64,000 bases of DNA from a virus. Each line of letters starts with the position of its first letter. Positions within the stretch are counted from its first letter, which is position 1. Below the pieces are notes generated by a model that saw nothing but the letters and a program-made list of their open reading frames with translations, had not been told where the DNA came from and searched no databases. This document shows positions 31,972 to 40,405 of this stretch, in pieces. The stretch covers positions 1,236 to 65,235 of IMG/VR virus record IMGVR_UViG_3300021956_000013; one strand, given 5' to 3'. The position numbers were made by a program, and so were the translations under genes.

Positions 31972-33009
31972 TTAGTCTTCAAATATCTTAAAATTATGGG
32001 TAATAATAGAGTTAATCTGAATAGTTCTCTTGTTATCATTATATGATTTTGAAAACTTGTTTAATTTCATATTGAACTTAGCAACTGATTCGAGATTATG
32101 AGGTAAATATCCCCAAAACATTTCGCTTGTGAATATTCCTGCATTTTTTATTGTAATGCCCTTAGCCTTCTTAGCGTAAAAATAAGACCTTAGCCAATTT
32201 TCTTTATGGTAGTGGTTCAACGCTAGTTGGCAATAAGTCTCTCTAGTTTTTGCGGTAAGTAGTGATAGATGCAAGTAAAAGTTTTTTCCTCTTTTTACAC
32301 AATAAGAAATGTACCTTTTAGCACTTGCCTTTTCTGCTTTATTAGTTTGTTTATGTTTAATAATTTCTTTAAAAACCTTTTTTGCTTCATCAAATCTTTC
32401 AAAACTATATAGTTGCAATCCGTGATAAGATGCATATCTTGGAATTTTATATTCTTCATACGCATCTTCAATCATTTGATTGTATTGGTCACGAGGTTTG
32501 TCTTGGTCAGGGTGATGAGAAACTTCAAGCCCTTTGCAAAATTCTTCAGTAATTCTTTTTGTTCTACTTGGGATAATTGCTTCATGCATTAGATACTTCC
32601 ATCTAAAACCATGACGTTTGTGAATTCTATTATTAATCATCTGGCTTTCTGGTACAGTTTCATCTATATCTCTAAATGTTATGTTAAAAATATATGTAAT
32701 TCTATCGGCAGTCATTTTTTCAAGATGTTCACGCCATCCTTCGGATAGAGTTTCGTCCATATCCATAGAAACACAATAATCAATATCATCTGGTAGCGAT
32801 GCTAATGCAACGTTTCTAGCGTCATCAAATCTAAATGGATTTACTGAAATTTTTACAACATTAATTCCAAGTTTTTTAGCAATCTTAATAGTTTTATCGG
32901 TTGAGCCAGTATCGGCAATCAGCAAGTAGTCTGCATCTTTAGCAGATTCATACCATCTTTCAACATGCTTCTCTTCATTCAGAGCGATTGTATATACTGC
33001 AATCTTCAT
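31972..33009 (-). CDS. GT2 glycosyltransferase with TPR-like C-terminus
   Basis: KIAVYTIALNEE, ADTGSTD, FDDARN, DMDE. Confidence 0.85.
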   Translation of the reverse strand: MKIAVYTIALNEEKHVERWYESAKDADYLLIADTGSTDKTIKIAKKLGINVVKISVNPFRFDDARNVALASLPDDIDYCVSMDMDETLSEGWREHLEKMTADRITYIFNITFRDIDETVPESQMINNRIHKRHGFRWKYLMHEAIIPSRTKRITEEFCKGLEVSHHPDQDKPRDQYNQMIEDAYEEYKIPRYASYHGLQLYSFERFDEAKKVFKEIIKHKQTNKAEKASAKRYISYCVKRGKNFYLHLSLLTAKTRETYCQLALNHYHKENWLRSYFYAKKAKGITIKNAGIFTSEMFWGYLPHNLESVAKFNMKLNKFSKSYNDNKRTIQINSIITHNFKIFED

Positions 33010-33932
33010 TATTTCTTAGCCTTTTCCTTTGCTTTATTATATAATTCTACCATAGGGTCTCCCCAAGCGTCATTATCTTTGAACACATCGACAGTTATCT
33101 TTTCCACTTTTAATGCCTGATTACACCAGTCTAAACATTCTTCCCATCGTTCATGGTCTCCATACCATTTCGCAATATAATAATATGGCTCACGTCTATG
33201 TGGTGCTGTTTGAAGACAGAGTAATAGGTATTCCCCAGTTTTTTCGGGTATGATTTCTGAAAGAGTTTTGTATACATTAGCAGCATCTTCATTTGGGAAA
33301 TTAGGAATATTCAAAACTTGAAGATAATATTTCTCTGCCTCTTCAAATTGACCTTCTGCCTGTAATGCTTTTGTAAGATATCTATAGTATCTACCAACAT
33401 CTGGATTCTCTGCTAATGCATCTTTAAGTAACTGTAAATATTGGGTTCTTGGTTTTTCTCTATCTGGGACATGTGTTACCTCAATACCTGGACAAAACTC
33501 ATCTATCATTTCGGTTCGGTCTGGAACAACGCCTTCATGCATCAGATATTTCCACATAAATCCATGCCTAGCATGAATGCGATTGTTTACAAAATTTTCA
33601 TCATTATAAAAGACATAAGTAATCTGATTACCAGTTGTTTGTTCTAGGGCTTCTCTCCATCCTTCAGAGATTACCTCATCCATATCGAGTGATACGCACA
33701 TATCGATATCGTCTGGCAGAAGGGCTAGGGCAACATTTCTGGCTGTATCAAATCTCCAAGGTTTGACTGAGATATTGAATACATTGATGCCAAATGATTT
33801 TGCAATTTTCACGGTACGGTCAGTTGAACCAGTATCAGCAATAAGGATATAGTCAGCGTCCTTTACGGAGTTATACCAACGTTCAACGTGTTTTTCTTCA
33901 TTAAGTGCAATTGTATAAACTGCGATTTTCAT
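33009..33932 (-). CDS. GT2 glycosyltransferase with TPR-like C-terminus (tandem paralog)
   Basis: Near-identical N-terminus to 31972..33009; TAPHRREPYY TPR-like segment. Confidence 0.85.
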   Translation of the reverse strand: MKIAVYTIALNEEKHVERWYNSVKDADYILIADTGSTDRTVKIAKSFGINVFNISVKPWRFDTARNVALALLPDDIDMCVSLDMDEVISEGWREALEQTTGNQITYVFYNDENFVNNRIHARHGFMWKYLMHEGVVPDRTEMIDEFCPGIEVTHVPDREKPRTQYLQLLKDALAENPDVGRYYRYLTKALQAEGQFEEAEKYYLQVLNIPNFPNEDAANVYKTLSEIIPEKTGEYLLLCLQTAPHRREPYYYIAKWYGDHERWEECLDWCNQALKVEKITVDVFKDNDAWGDPMVELYNKAKEKAKK

Positions 33933-33967
33933 ACCCTAAAATCCTTTGTTAGATATCTATTATAGCA

Positions 33968-34543
33968 CTAAGTGGCTGAGATGTATGTACCATTAACATA
34001 CATTTTACTTGCAGTAGTTAGTGTCACTGGGGCACCTTGACTTAAAATAGATTCAATGATTGGTTTAGGAGAAGATGTAGTTGCCATAAGCCAATGAAAA
34101 TCTAAAGTTTGAGAACCTGGAAGATGGTCAGCAACAATCTGAATATGTCCATTTAAGTCGTCAGGTGGTAACGATGGATTTACCCATACCCAACCAGCAA
34201 AGTGATTTGAAGTACTATCTATTGGCTGAAATGGCAATGAAACTTTAAATTGACCAGTTCCAAAATTTGTGACAGTAGTCATATCGATGGCAATCCAAAA
34301 AGTAACTAATTGACCTGCTTTTACATAGTAAGAATTATATGTGGGATATGTGCCATTGGCACCAGTAAATGTAAGACCAGTAGCACTGAAAGTTGGAGAC
34401 CATCTAGTTGCTGTTGGATTTAAGGCTGGTCCTGTTGCTCCAGTAGCACCTGTCGCTCCTGTTGGTCCTGGTTGTCCAGCAGTCAGAACTATTTTAATTA
34501 CTGCACTTTGAGTGGTATCAGGAATAATCTTAATTGTTGTCAT
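33968..34543 (-). CDS. Short collagen-repeat virion protein
   Basis: GQPGPTGATGATGATGP repeats. Confidence 0.65.
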   Translation of the reverse strand: MTTIKIIPDTTQSAVIKIVLTAGQPGPTGATGATGATGPALNPTATRWSPTFSATGLTFTGANGTYPTYNSYYVKAGQLVTFWIAIDMTTVTNFGTGQFKVSLPFQPIDSTSNHFAGWVWVNPSLPPDDLNGHIQIVADHLPGSQTLDFHWLMATTSSPKPIIESILSQGAPVTLTTASKMYVNGTYISAT

Positions 34544-34938
34544 TATAGTGAACTCCCAGTAATATCAGAACGAACAACGATAGTTCCAATAATTGGAGTC
34601 CACTTTTCTCCAGATATTGTAACTTGAAGGTCAAAGCCTAATTCTGCTACGATATTAGAACTTCCTATTCCCCACGCAGAGGTCATAGTAGAGTTCGCTG
34701 AAATTACTACATATCCTGAACCAGATGATGTTGTTAAAGTATATTTAGTTGCTGTCTTAGGGTCATAGGCACTTGCACCATATGTCCATCCTGTGGTATC
34801 CTTTAGCGTAACACCATCATCTTCATAGAATTCAATAGTTGTGGAAATATCATCACCACGGACTACAGTCCATTTAATATTTTGAGGTTCCGCACCAATT
34901 AAAATCGGGGAATCAGATGAGCATGAAGAACAAGACAT
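34543..34938 (-). CDS. BppU-like beta-sandwich virion protein
   Basis: WTVVRGDD...YDLQV-type pattern; leaderless start at MSCSSC. Confidence 0.55.
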   Translation of the reverse strand: MSCSSCSSDSPILIGAEPQNIKWTVVRGDDISTTIEFYEDDGVTLKDTTGWTYGASAYDPKTATKYTLTTSSGSGYVVISANSTMTSAWGIGSSNIVAELGFDLQVTISGEKWTPIIGTIVVRSDITGSSL

Positions 34939-35167
34939 ATACTCATTATACACCATAAATAGAGAAACCAGTACCTGAATGTGGGTATGAGAGAGAGTAT
35001 TCAGATACTGGCTTCTAAGGTAATTATACCATTTTAGGGATTTCTGTGTTTTCTATTTGACAAATGTTAAAAAGTATGATACCCTCTTATCTATAGAGAT
35101 AAGGGCTATATATATTATATATTTATATATTAATATATAGTATAGTTTATATATATTATATTAATAA

Positions 35168-35461
35168 TCAAAGTTCGGTTTTTTCTGATTTGATTTTCTT
35201 TTGTGTCTTGACACCTTCAGTGATTAAAATATTTACTAGTGTATCTATTTTTTCTTCTAGTTGATGTGATTTTTGTTCTAAACGATTAACCTGGTCTTTC
35301 ATTGATGACCCATGATTAGGTTTTAGTTCTGAAAGGTCATTTTTAAGTTCGGTTGATAGGACTTTGATTTCCGCTGAAATATACCATCTGATTCCGCCAA
35401 CGGTAATAGCGATAATAGATAATGCGGTTAGTATTAAACCAGCCCAATCGGATATAGACAT
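35168..35461 (-). CDS. Membrane protein with coiled coil (holin-like)
   Basis: N-terminal TM helix, NHGSSMKDQVNRLE motif. Confidence 0.55.
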   Translation of the reverse strand: MSISDWAGLILTALSIIAITVGGIRWYISAEIKVLSTELKNDLSELKPNHGSSMKDQVNRLEQKSHQLEEKIDTLVNILITEGVKTQKKIKSEKTEL

Positions 35462-35667
35462 AATAAAATAATTATACATGGTGTTTTCGATTTTTTAAAA
35501 CGGTCGAAATAGAAACACCAAACCCAAATTGCCTTTTATGCAACACAGTTGCCAGATAGGGCAAATAAGGGTTTAAATGCCCCATAGAAGCCATAAGCCC
35601 CCTACACCCACATAAACATATACCCAGATTTGTGCTATAATAGAAATCTACCGAAAGAGAGAGCGAT

Positions 35668-35850
35668 ATGGAAGAAAAAGTCCCATACATCAAGCATTAC
35701 GAATCAAAAGAATATCTTGAAGCATGCATAGCAGCCAAGATGACATCAAAAGAAATAGCCAATCAGAGCAAAGTGTCTTATAAACTTGTTAATTATTGGC
35801 TGATAGAGCATGGATTGCTTCGCAATACCCCAGACGTTAGGCTACCATAA
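35668..35850 (+). CDS. Small HTH-like protein
   Basis: MTSKEIANQSKVSYKLVNYWL helix-turn-helix pattern; promoter TGCTATAAT upstream. Confidence 0.55.
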   Translation: MEEKVPYIKHYESKEYLEACIAAKMTSKEIANQSKVSYKLVNYWLIEHGLLRNTPDVRLP

Positions 35851-36074
35851 TGGAAATCGTTATCATAATGTTATCTATATTGTTATTTCTAGGTATATTT
35901 GCCTATTTACATCACCAATTCAAATTTAGAGATACCCCAGACAAACTACATCACTGCAAAGTACCATACGACCAATACTTCCATCACAAAGAAGATTGGA
36001 AATGTCGCAAATGTGGTTCATACTGGTATGTCAAATACGATAGTTATGGTTCATACTTTGTCAAAAGAGACTAG
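35850..36074 (+). CDS. TM plus zinc-ribbon small protein
   Basis: Hydrophobic N-terminus, WKCRKCGSYW. Confidence 0.6.
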   Translation: MEIVIIMLSILLFLGIFAYLHHQFKFRDTPDKLHHCKVPYDQYFHHKEDWKCRKCGSYWYVKYDSYGSYFVKRD

Positions 36075-36321
36075 GCTTTCTAGATACCGTGCAAATCTGA
36101 AAAAATTTTTATATTTCATATTGACAAAAATCTGAATATTTTGCTAGTGTGTATGATACAGCATCCACTACACACCTATAAAATTTTTAGTGAGCACACC
36201 ACCACACACTAGTAAATTCTTTTATAACAAATAGATAACATCATGCGACACACCTACTAAACACCTAGTAAATGTCAGTGCTATCCTGTAATGTATAACT
36301 ATACAAAGAAAGGTAAATGAA

Positions 36322-36507
36322 ATGTTCAGAACACAAGACCAGACACTAGCAGTTGCTCACCTATGGGCTATTGAGATTCCCTATGAAGGTGTTGATTCTT
36401 ACTTAGGTCTATTTGCTACACAAGAACTAGCACAGGCGTTCATTGACGCTGATGAATACTTACAGGGCTACGCTGTTGCTATGCCTATGGCTTTGCCTAC
36501 TGCCTAA
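36322..36507 (+). CDS. Cassette ORF, hypothetical
   Basis: Motif promoter, GAAAGG RBS; stop abuts next motif. Confidence 0.7.
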   Translation: MFRTQDQTLAVAHLWAIEIPYEGVDSYLGLFATQELAQAFIDADEYLQGYAVAMPMALPTA

Positions 36508-36561
36508 TGTCAGTGGTATCACTTATACTTATAACATCAAACAAAGAATAGGAAATAATAA

Positions 36562-36708
36562 ATGTCAGTAGAACTAACAGAACTAGAACTAGAAATCGCA
36601 ACTGAACTTGCTTGCTATGACTTTGATGGAAATGGTAAGCAGTTCTGGGCAGAGGTAGAGAGACTTGCTCAGTTTGGAGAAAACTGGGGAGACCACCTGC
36701 CAGAGTAA
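36562..36708 (+). CDS. Cassette ORF, acidic 48 aa
   Basis: MSVELTELELEIATELACYDFDG...; motif promoter and RBS. Confidence 0.65.
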   Translation: MSVELTELELEIATELACYDFDGNGKQFWAEVERLAQFGENWGDHLPE

Positions 36709-36774
36709 ATGTCAGTGGTATCCACTACAATAAACCTATAAACAAATAAACCAACTAAAAGAAAGAAATACTAA

Positions 36775-36942
36775 ATGAAAATCTATTCAATAATCATCAC
36801 AGGCTCTAATGGCGTTGCCCCTATCTATGAAGTTCATTCTTGGGAAAAGGCAGAAGAAGTTATCCGTTCTACTATGAAACTAACTAATGAAGCCTTTACT
36901 TTTGAAGTAGTAGGCAGAGTAGAAGAAAGACAGGGGGAGTAA
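36775..36942 (+). CDS. Cassette ORF, 55 aa
   Basis: MKIYSIIITGSNGVAPIYEVHSWEKAEEV... Confidence 0.65.
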   Translation: MKIYSIIITGSNGVAPIYEVHSWEKAEEVIRSTMKLTNEAFTFEVVGRVEERQGE

Positions 36943-36999
36943 GTGTGGTTAGCCTTATTCTTAACCTTGCTCGTGTTGCTCGTATTGGTAAGTCAGTAG
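36943..36999 (+). CDS. TM micropeptide, 18 aa
   Basis: GTG start, WLALFLTLLVLLVLVSQ; GGGGAG upstream. Confidence 0.4.
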   Translation: MWLALFLTLLVLLVLVSQ

Positions 37000-37001
37000 T
37001 A

Positions 37002-37100
37002 ATGCCACAGATACAGGCTTTTGCTTGTAAGCGTTGCTCTACTATCGCAAGCGTATCGCTACTAGATAATAAACTAAAGATAAATAAATGTAATTGCTAA
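37002..37100 (+). CDS. Cys-rich micro-ORF, 32 aa
   Basis: MPQIQAFACKRC...KCNC. Confidence 0.5.
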   Translation: MPQIQAFACKRCSTIASVSLLDNKLKINKCNC

Positions 37101-37149
37101 GGTTGTGGGCGTGTCGCTATTGACATGCCCCAACTTTTGTGCCGACCCC

Positions 37150-37170
37150 TGTGGATAACTCTGTGGATAG
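37150..37170 (-). promoter_or_regulatory. Tandem DnaA boxes
   Basis: TGTGGATAA (reverse complement of TTATCCACA) at 37150 and TGTGGATAG at 37162. Confidence 0.6.
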
Positions 37171-37296
37171 TTGTTCATTTAGTTAATCTTTTAAGTTATT
37201 TGCAAAATGTTCGCAAACACGCTTATTTTGGCGTGTCAAATAGGGTCAAATGTCAGTGGTTAGGTATAGTCTAATAAAGTCAAAGAAAGGACAAAA

Positions 37297-37431
37297 ATGA
37301 AAGACAAAAAGACAGAACTAACCCAGATGTTAGCCAAGTATGCGAGAGCAGGAATACCCCTAACTAACGCTGAGAAAAACCTAATCAAGTATCTACTAGC
37401 CAAAGATAACAAAATGATAACGAATAAGTAA
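37297..37431 (+). CDS. Cassette ORF, 44 aa basic
   Basis: Motif promoter, GAAAGG RBS. Confidence 0.6.
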   Translation: MKDKKTELTQMLAKYARAGIPLTNAEKNLIKYLLAKDNKMITNK

Positions 37432-37525
37432 ATATTCGCAAAACTGAACATAATGGGCGTGTCAAAGGGTCTAAATGTCAGTGGTAGGGTATAGAGTAAT
37501 AATAGATAAAAGAAAGGCAAGTCAA

Positions 37526-37645
37526 ATGACTAACTACGAAATCAAAGCAAGATACAAAGAACTAATGCGTATCGCAGAAAGTGATGTAATGACAGCAAGC
37601 GAGTTTGATGAACTTATGGCAATGTTCGCAAAACTAAATAAATAA
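37526..37645 (+). CDS. Cassette ORF, 39 aa
   Basis: Motif promoter, GAAAGG RBS. Confidence 0.6.
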   Translation: MTNYEIKARYKELMRIAESDVMTASEFDELMAMFAKLNK

Positions 37646-37663
37646 AACTTAGTTTAGTTAGTG

Positions 37664-37706
37664 AGCCTGATTAGGTGAGCCTAGAAATAGCAAATAAACT
37701 AATCAG
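37664..37706 (+). ncRNA. Pseudoknot motif, variant copy
   Basis: gccTGATTAggt...aaacTAATCA; compensatory variant of the TGAGCA/TGCTCA pairing. Confidence 0.45.
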
Positions 37707-37773
37707 CAAATAAATAACTAAACAAAAACAAAACTAAATAAATAATAATCTACAAAAAAGAAATGAGAAATAA

Positions 37774-38184
37774 ATGAAAATAAAAACTTGGAAAGAAACC
37801 CAAATCCTTCTATCACTTAGCGACTATCGCAAGTTTTATGCGACTATCGCAGAACTGCCTAATGGTGAAAAGTCTATCGCTATCCATAACAAACTAATCA
37901 ACCTTAGCAATGTTTATCTAAACTATGACTATGAAAATGATACAATGCTATCTCAAAAAAATAGTGAGTGGAAATACTCTGCTGAACTAGATAGTTTTGC
38001 TACGAGTGAGTTTGTAAAAGTAAAAAACTTACTTGCTGAACTAAATGAGTTAGGCGTGAAAAGTTATTCTAACGAAATGCGTGTCAGTGATGGCGAAACT
38101 TATTTCTTAGCGTTTCTAAAAATGGAGTGCGTGTTGCGTTCTCGTGTGTTGCTTGCTCACTCTTATAGAGTAAAGCAACGCTAA
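37774..38184 (+). CDS. Hypothetical protein, 136 aa
   Basis: ORF with A-rich leader, followed by hairpin. Confidence 0.7.
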   Translation: MKIKTWKETQILLSLSDYRKFYATIAELPNGEKSIAIHNKLINLSNVYLNYDYENDTMLSQKNSEWKYSAELDSFATSEFVKVKNLLAELNELGVKSYSNEMRVSDGETYFLAFLKMECVLRSRVLLAHSYRVKQR

Positions 38185-38258
38185 AAATAAATTAGCAAAA
38201 AAAATAATTGTGTTAGTAAAAATAAAATTGCTAACGCAAAAATTTTTTGCCGACCGCC

Positions 38259-38272
38259 CGAACAAATGTTCG
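38259..38272. promoter_or_regulatory. SOS (LexA) box
   Basis: CGAAC-AAAT-GTTCG, matches the Gram-positive/actinobacterial CGAAC-N4-GTTCG consensus. Confidence 0.7.
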
Positions 38273-38329
38273 AATTAAGTGGAGCGTGTCGTTTCCCTAA
38301 ATGTCAGTGGTATGGTATAGGTTATAACT

Positions 38330-38476
38330 ATGAATAAATCAACTTGTTTCCTTTGCTCAGTCGCTACCCCTGCTCACCTTGTTGTTATTTCTAATGGCAA
38401 TGTGTTCCGTTCATGTGAGGCTTGCCTTGCTGGATACCCTGACCACCTAATCGAAACAACTATCGCTCTACCCTAA
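38330..38476 (+). CDS. Leaderless zinc-finger micro-ORF, 48 aa
   Basis: CFLC...CEAC; ATG about 6 nt after -10. Confidence 0.65.
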   Translation: MNKSTCFLCSVATPAHLVVISNGNVFRSCEACLAGYPDHLIETTIALP

Positions 38477-38490
38477 CGAAAGGTTCCACT

Positions 38491-38592
38491 ATGGAAAACT
38501 GCTGCTACTGCAACACTCCCTCTGTTCAAATCTGGGGGCAGGTCTGCTCAGATTGTGAGGACACCCTAGACTGGGGTGATGACGAAGACTAG
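38491..38592 (+). CDS. Zinc-finger acidic micro-ORF, 33 aa
   Basis: CCYC...CSDC, D-rich end; GAAAGG RBS. Confidence 0.6.
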   Translation: MENCCYCNTPSVQIWGQVCSDCEDTLDWGDDED

Positions 38593-38624
38593 ACTTGACA
38601 AAACACCCGAAAGGGTGCCGACCC

Positions 38625-38638
38625 CGAACAAATGTTCG
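38625..38638. promoter_or_regulatory. SOS (LexA) box
   Basis: Second identical CGAACAAATGTTCG. Confidence 0.7.
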
Positions 38639-38712
38639 ATTTACGTTGGGGGATTCTTTTCCCTAAATGTCAGTGGTAGGTGGTAGTGTATAACTATAAC
38701 GAAAGGAAGCCA

Positions 38713-38838
38713 ATGGAAATCATTCTCATTGAAGCAAGTTGCTCCAAATGCTGTGATTCACTGTTTTCAAGCAGCGAGCAAGAGTTCAAAACTCTACTAG
38801 ATAACCACGATTGCAAAACTGCGACCAGACCTTACTAG
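38713..38838 (+). CDS. CxxC...HxC mini-protein (family A)
   Basis: ASCSKCCDSLFSSSEQEFKTLLDNHDC. Confidence 0.65.
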   Translation: MEIILIEASCSKCCDSLFSSSEQEFKTLLDNHDCKTATRPY

Positions 38839-38891
38839 TCTGTGTCAGTGGTATCTGCTAAAATAAAACTAATCAAGAAAGGTAAAAACTA

Positions 38892-39041
38892 ATGGCAAAA
38901 ATGGCTGAACTATTCGAGGCAACTAACTATCCAGAGTTGGAGATTGCTGAGTGTGCTAAGTGTGGAACTGAAATCCTATTCGCAACTGAAACTGAGTTTG
39001 AGAAGTTGGTTGCTGAACACATACACACTTATCGCTGGTAG
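38892..39041 (+). CDS. CxxC...HxH mini-protein (family A)
   Basis: MAKMAELFEATN...AECAKCGTEILFATETEFEKLVAEHIH. Confidence 0.7.
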   Translation: MAKMAELFEATNYPELEIAECAKCGTEILFATETEFEKLVAEHIHTYRW

Positions 39042-39201
39042 GTGTGTCGCACTTGACAAAAGCCCTTCGGGGTGCCGACCGCAAAAATTTCCAAATGTCA
39101 ATACGACACGCCAAAAAATTTTCCAGAAATAAAGCGTGTCTAAATAATCAAATGTCAGTGGTCAGGTGTATAATAAAGGTATAAAGAAAAGGAAATAATA
39201 A

Positions 39202-39288
39202 ATGAGTGAAAAAGAAATGACACCAGAGCAGTTAGTAGCAGAGCAGGAATACCTTGCTTGGTTAGCAGAAGTTAGAAGACAAGGCTAA
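39202..39288 (+). CDS. Cassette micro-ORF, 28 aa
   Basis: Motif promoter and AAGGA RBS. Confidence 0.55.
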   Translation: MSEKEMTPEQLVAEQEYLAWLAEVRRQG

Positions 39289-39362
39289 CGCTCTGGCGTG
39301 TTTAACGCCTAATGTCAGTGGTATCCTGTAAAATAGAACTAATCAAAAGAAATGGAAAATAA

Positions 39363-39533
39363 ATGTTAGACAAGAACTCAAACATCTACCAAGTAGTAGA
39401 AGCCCTAAAAACTAAGAACTCAGTTTCTGCTGATGCTCCATACCCTTACCTGTCTGGTATGTGTTGGAGTTTGCTAAATGAAACTCAGCGTAAAAAGTTG
39501 ATAGAAATGGTAAATAAGATGGAGAATAAATAA
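39363..39533 (+). CDS. Cassette ORF, 56 aa
   Basis: Motif promoter; translationally coupled to next ORF. Confidence 0.65.
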   Translation: MLDKNSNIYQVVEALKTKNSVSADAPYPYLSGMCWSLLNETQRKKLIEMVNKMENK

Positions 39534-39629
39534 ATGGAAGACTGGAAACTCGCATTAGCAGAAATCCAAAAGTCAATGAGAGAAGACTTTATTTCTCAAA
39601 TCAAAACTAATGAACAGGAAAATAAATAA
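39534..39629 (+). CDS. Micro-ORF, 31 aa
   Basis: TAAATG coupling; GGAG RBS. Confidence 0.55.
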   Translation: MEDWKLALAEIQKSMREDFISQIKTNEQENK

Positions 39630-39835
39630 TGGTAAAAGTTGCTCTAGTAATCTCAACACTAATCTTAGGTGTATTCAGTTTTGTAATCGCTGACGCTTAT
39701 AGATACACTTCACTAATCAATGACCAAGAGAGTTATAAAGTATTCTCTGGTCAATGGGCGTTAGTTGGTGTTCAGTTTGTAGTTGGTTCTCTAATCTTGG
39801 CGTTGATGTTCATAATCAAATCACGCAAGAAATAA
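39629..39835 (+). CDS. Two-TM membrane protein
   Basis: Two hydrophobic helices, basic tail. Confidence 0.7.
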   Translation: MVKVALVISTLILGVFSFVIADAYRYTSLINDQESYKVFSGQWALVGVQFVVGSLILALMFIIKSRKK

Positions 39836-39890
39836 AAAAATAATCTTGTGGGTGTGTCGCTTGACATACCCCAAGATTTTTGCCGACCCC

Positions 39891-39899
39891 TGTGGATAA
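39891..39899 (-). promoter_or_regulatory. DnaA box
   Basis: TGTGGATAA within GCCGACCCCTGTGGATAAC, identical to 37141-37159. Confidence 0.6.
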
Positions 39900-39999
39900 C
39901 TTATAACGATTTGGTTACGAGAGTTAAGAAACACCCCCTAAATCCCCTAAATGTCAGTGGTATCCCCTATAATAGAAACATAACAAGAAAGGCTAACTA

Positions 40000-40152
40000 A
40001 TGAACTTACCAACCAAACTACACAAGAACCCTAGCAAGAGATACACCCTATTTGAATACACCATAAATGGCTCAACAGTTGTATCTGCTATTCATTTCTA
40101 CGACTTGCTCCCATTTCTAGCAGAACACCCAGAAGCCAAGCGTGTCCGCTAG
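40000..40152 (+). CDS. Cassette ORF, 50 aa
   Basis: Motif promoter, GAAAGG RBS. Confidence 0.65.
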   Translation: MNLPTKLHKNPSKRYTLFEYTINGSTVVSAIHFYDLLPFLAEHPEAKRVR

Positions 40153-40206
40153 GCTAAATGTCAGTGGTGCCCTGTATAATTGAACTAACTAAGAAAGGTA
40201 AAACTA

Positions 40207-40353
40207 ATGGCTAAAATGGCAGAACTATTTGAAGAGACTAACAGCATTATTTTTGATGTTGCTGAATGTGCAGAGTGTGGAGTTGAAATTGAATTCTCTA
40301 CTGATAAAGAATTTGCTGAATTGGTAAATGGACACGTTTGTGTCCGCTACTGA
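40207..40353 (+). CDS. CxxC...HxC mini-protein (family A)
   Basis: MAKMAELFEETN...AECAECGVEIEFSTDKEFAELVNGHVC; paralog of 38892. Confidence 0.7.
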   Translation: MAKMAELFEETNSIIFDVAECAECGVEIEFSTDKEFAELVNGHVCVRY

Positions 40354-40405
40354 TGTCAGTGGTCAGTTGTATAATTGAAATACCTAAAAGAAATGGAAAA
40401 ATAAA

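Noticed and set aside
35105-35167. TA-rich tract as a functional repeat
   Set aside because: Low-complexity intergenic DNA with no defined unit; may be a terminator or melting region but this is unsupported
35472-35693. 73-aa minus-strand ORF from the track, and similar minus-strand ORFs within 37-53 kb
   Set aside because: They overlap promoters or better-supported plus-strand genes and lack RBS and coding-like composition
38081-38093. Extra copy of the promoter motif (GTGTCAGTGATGG)
   Set aside because: Inside a CDS, mismatched, and no TANNNT at the 6-nt spacing
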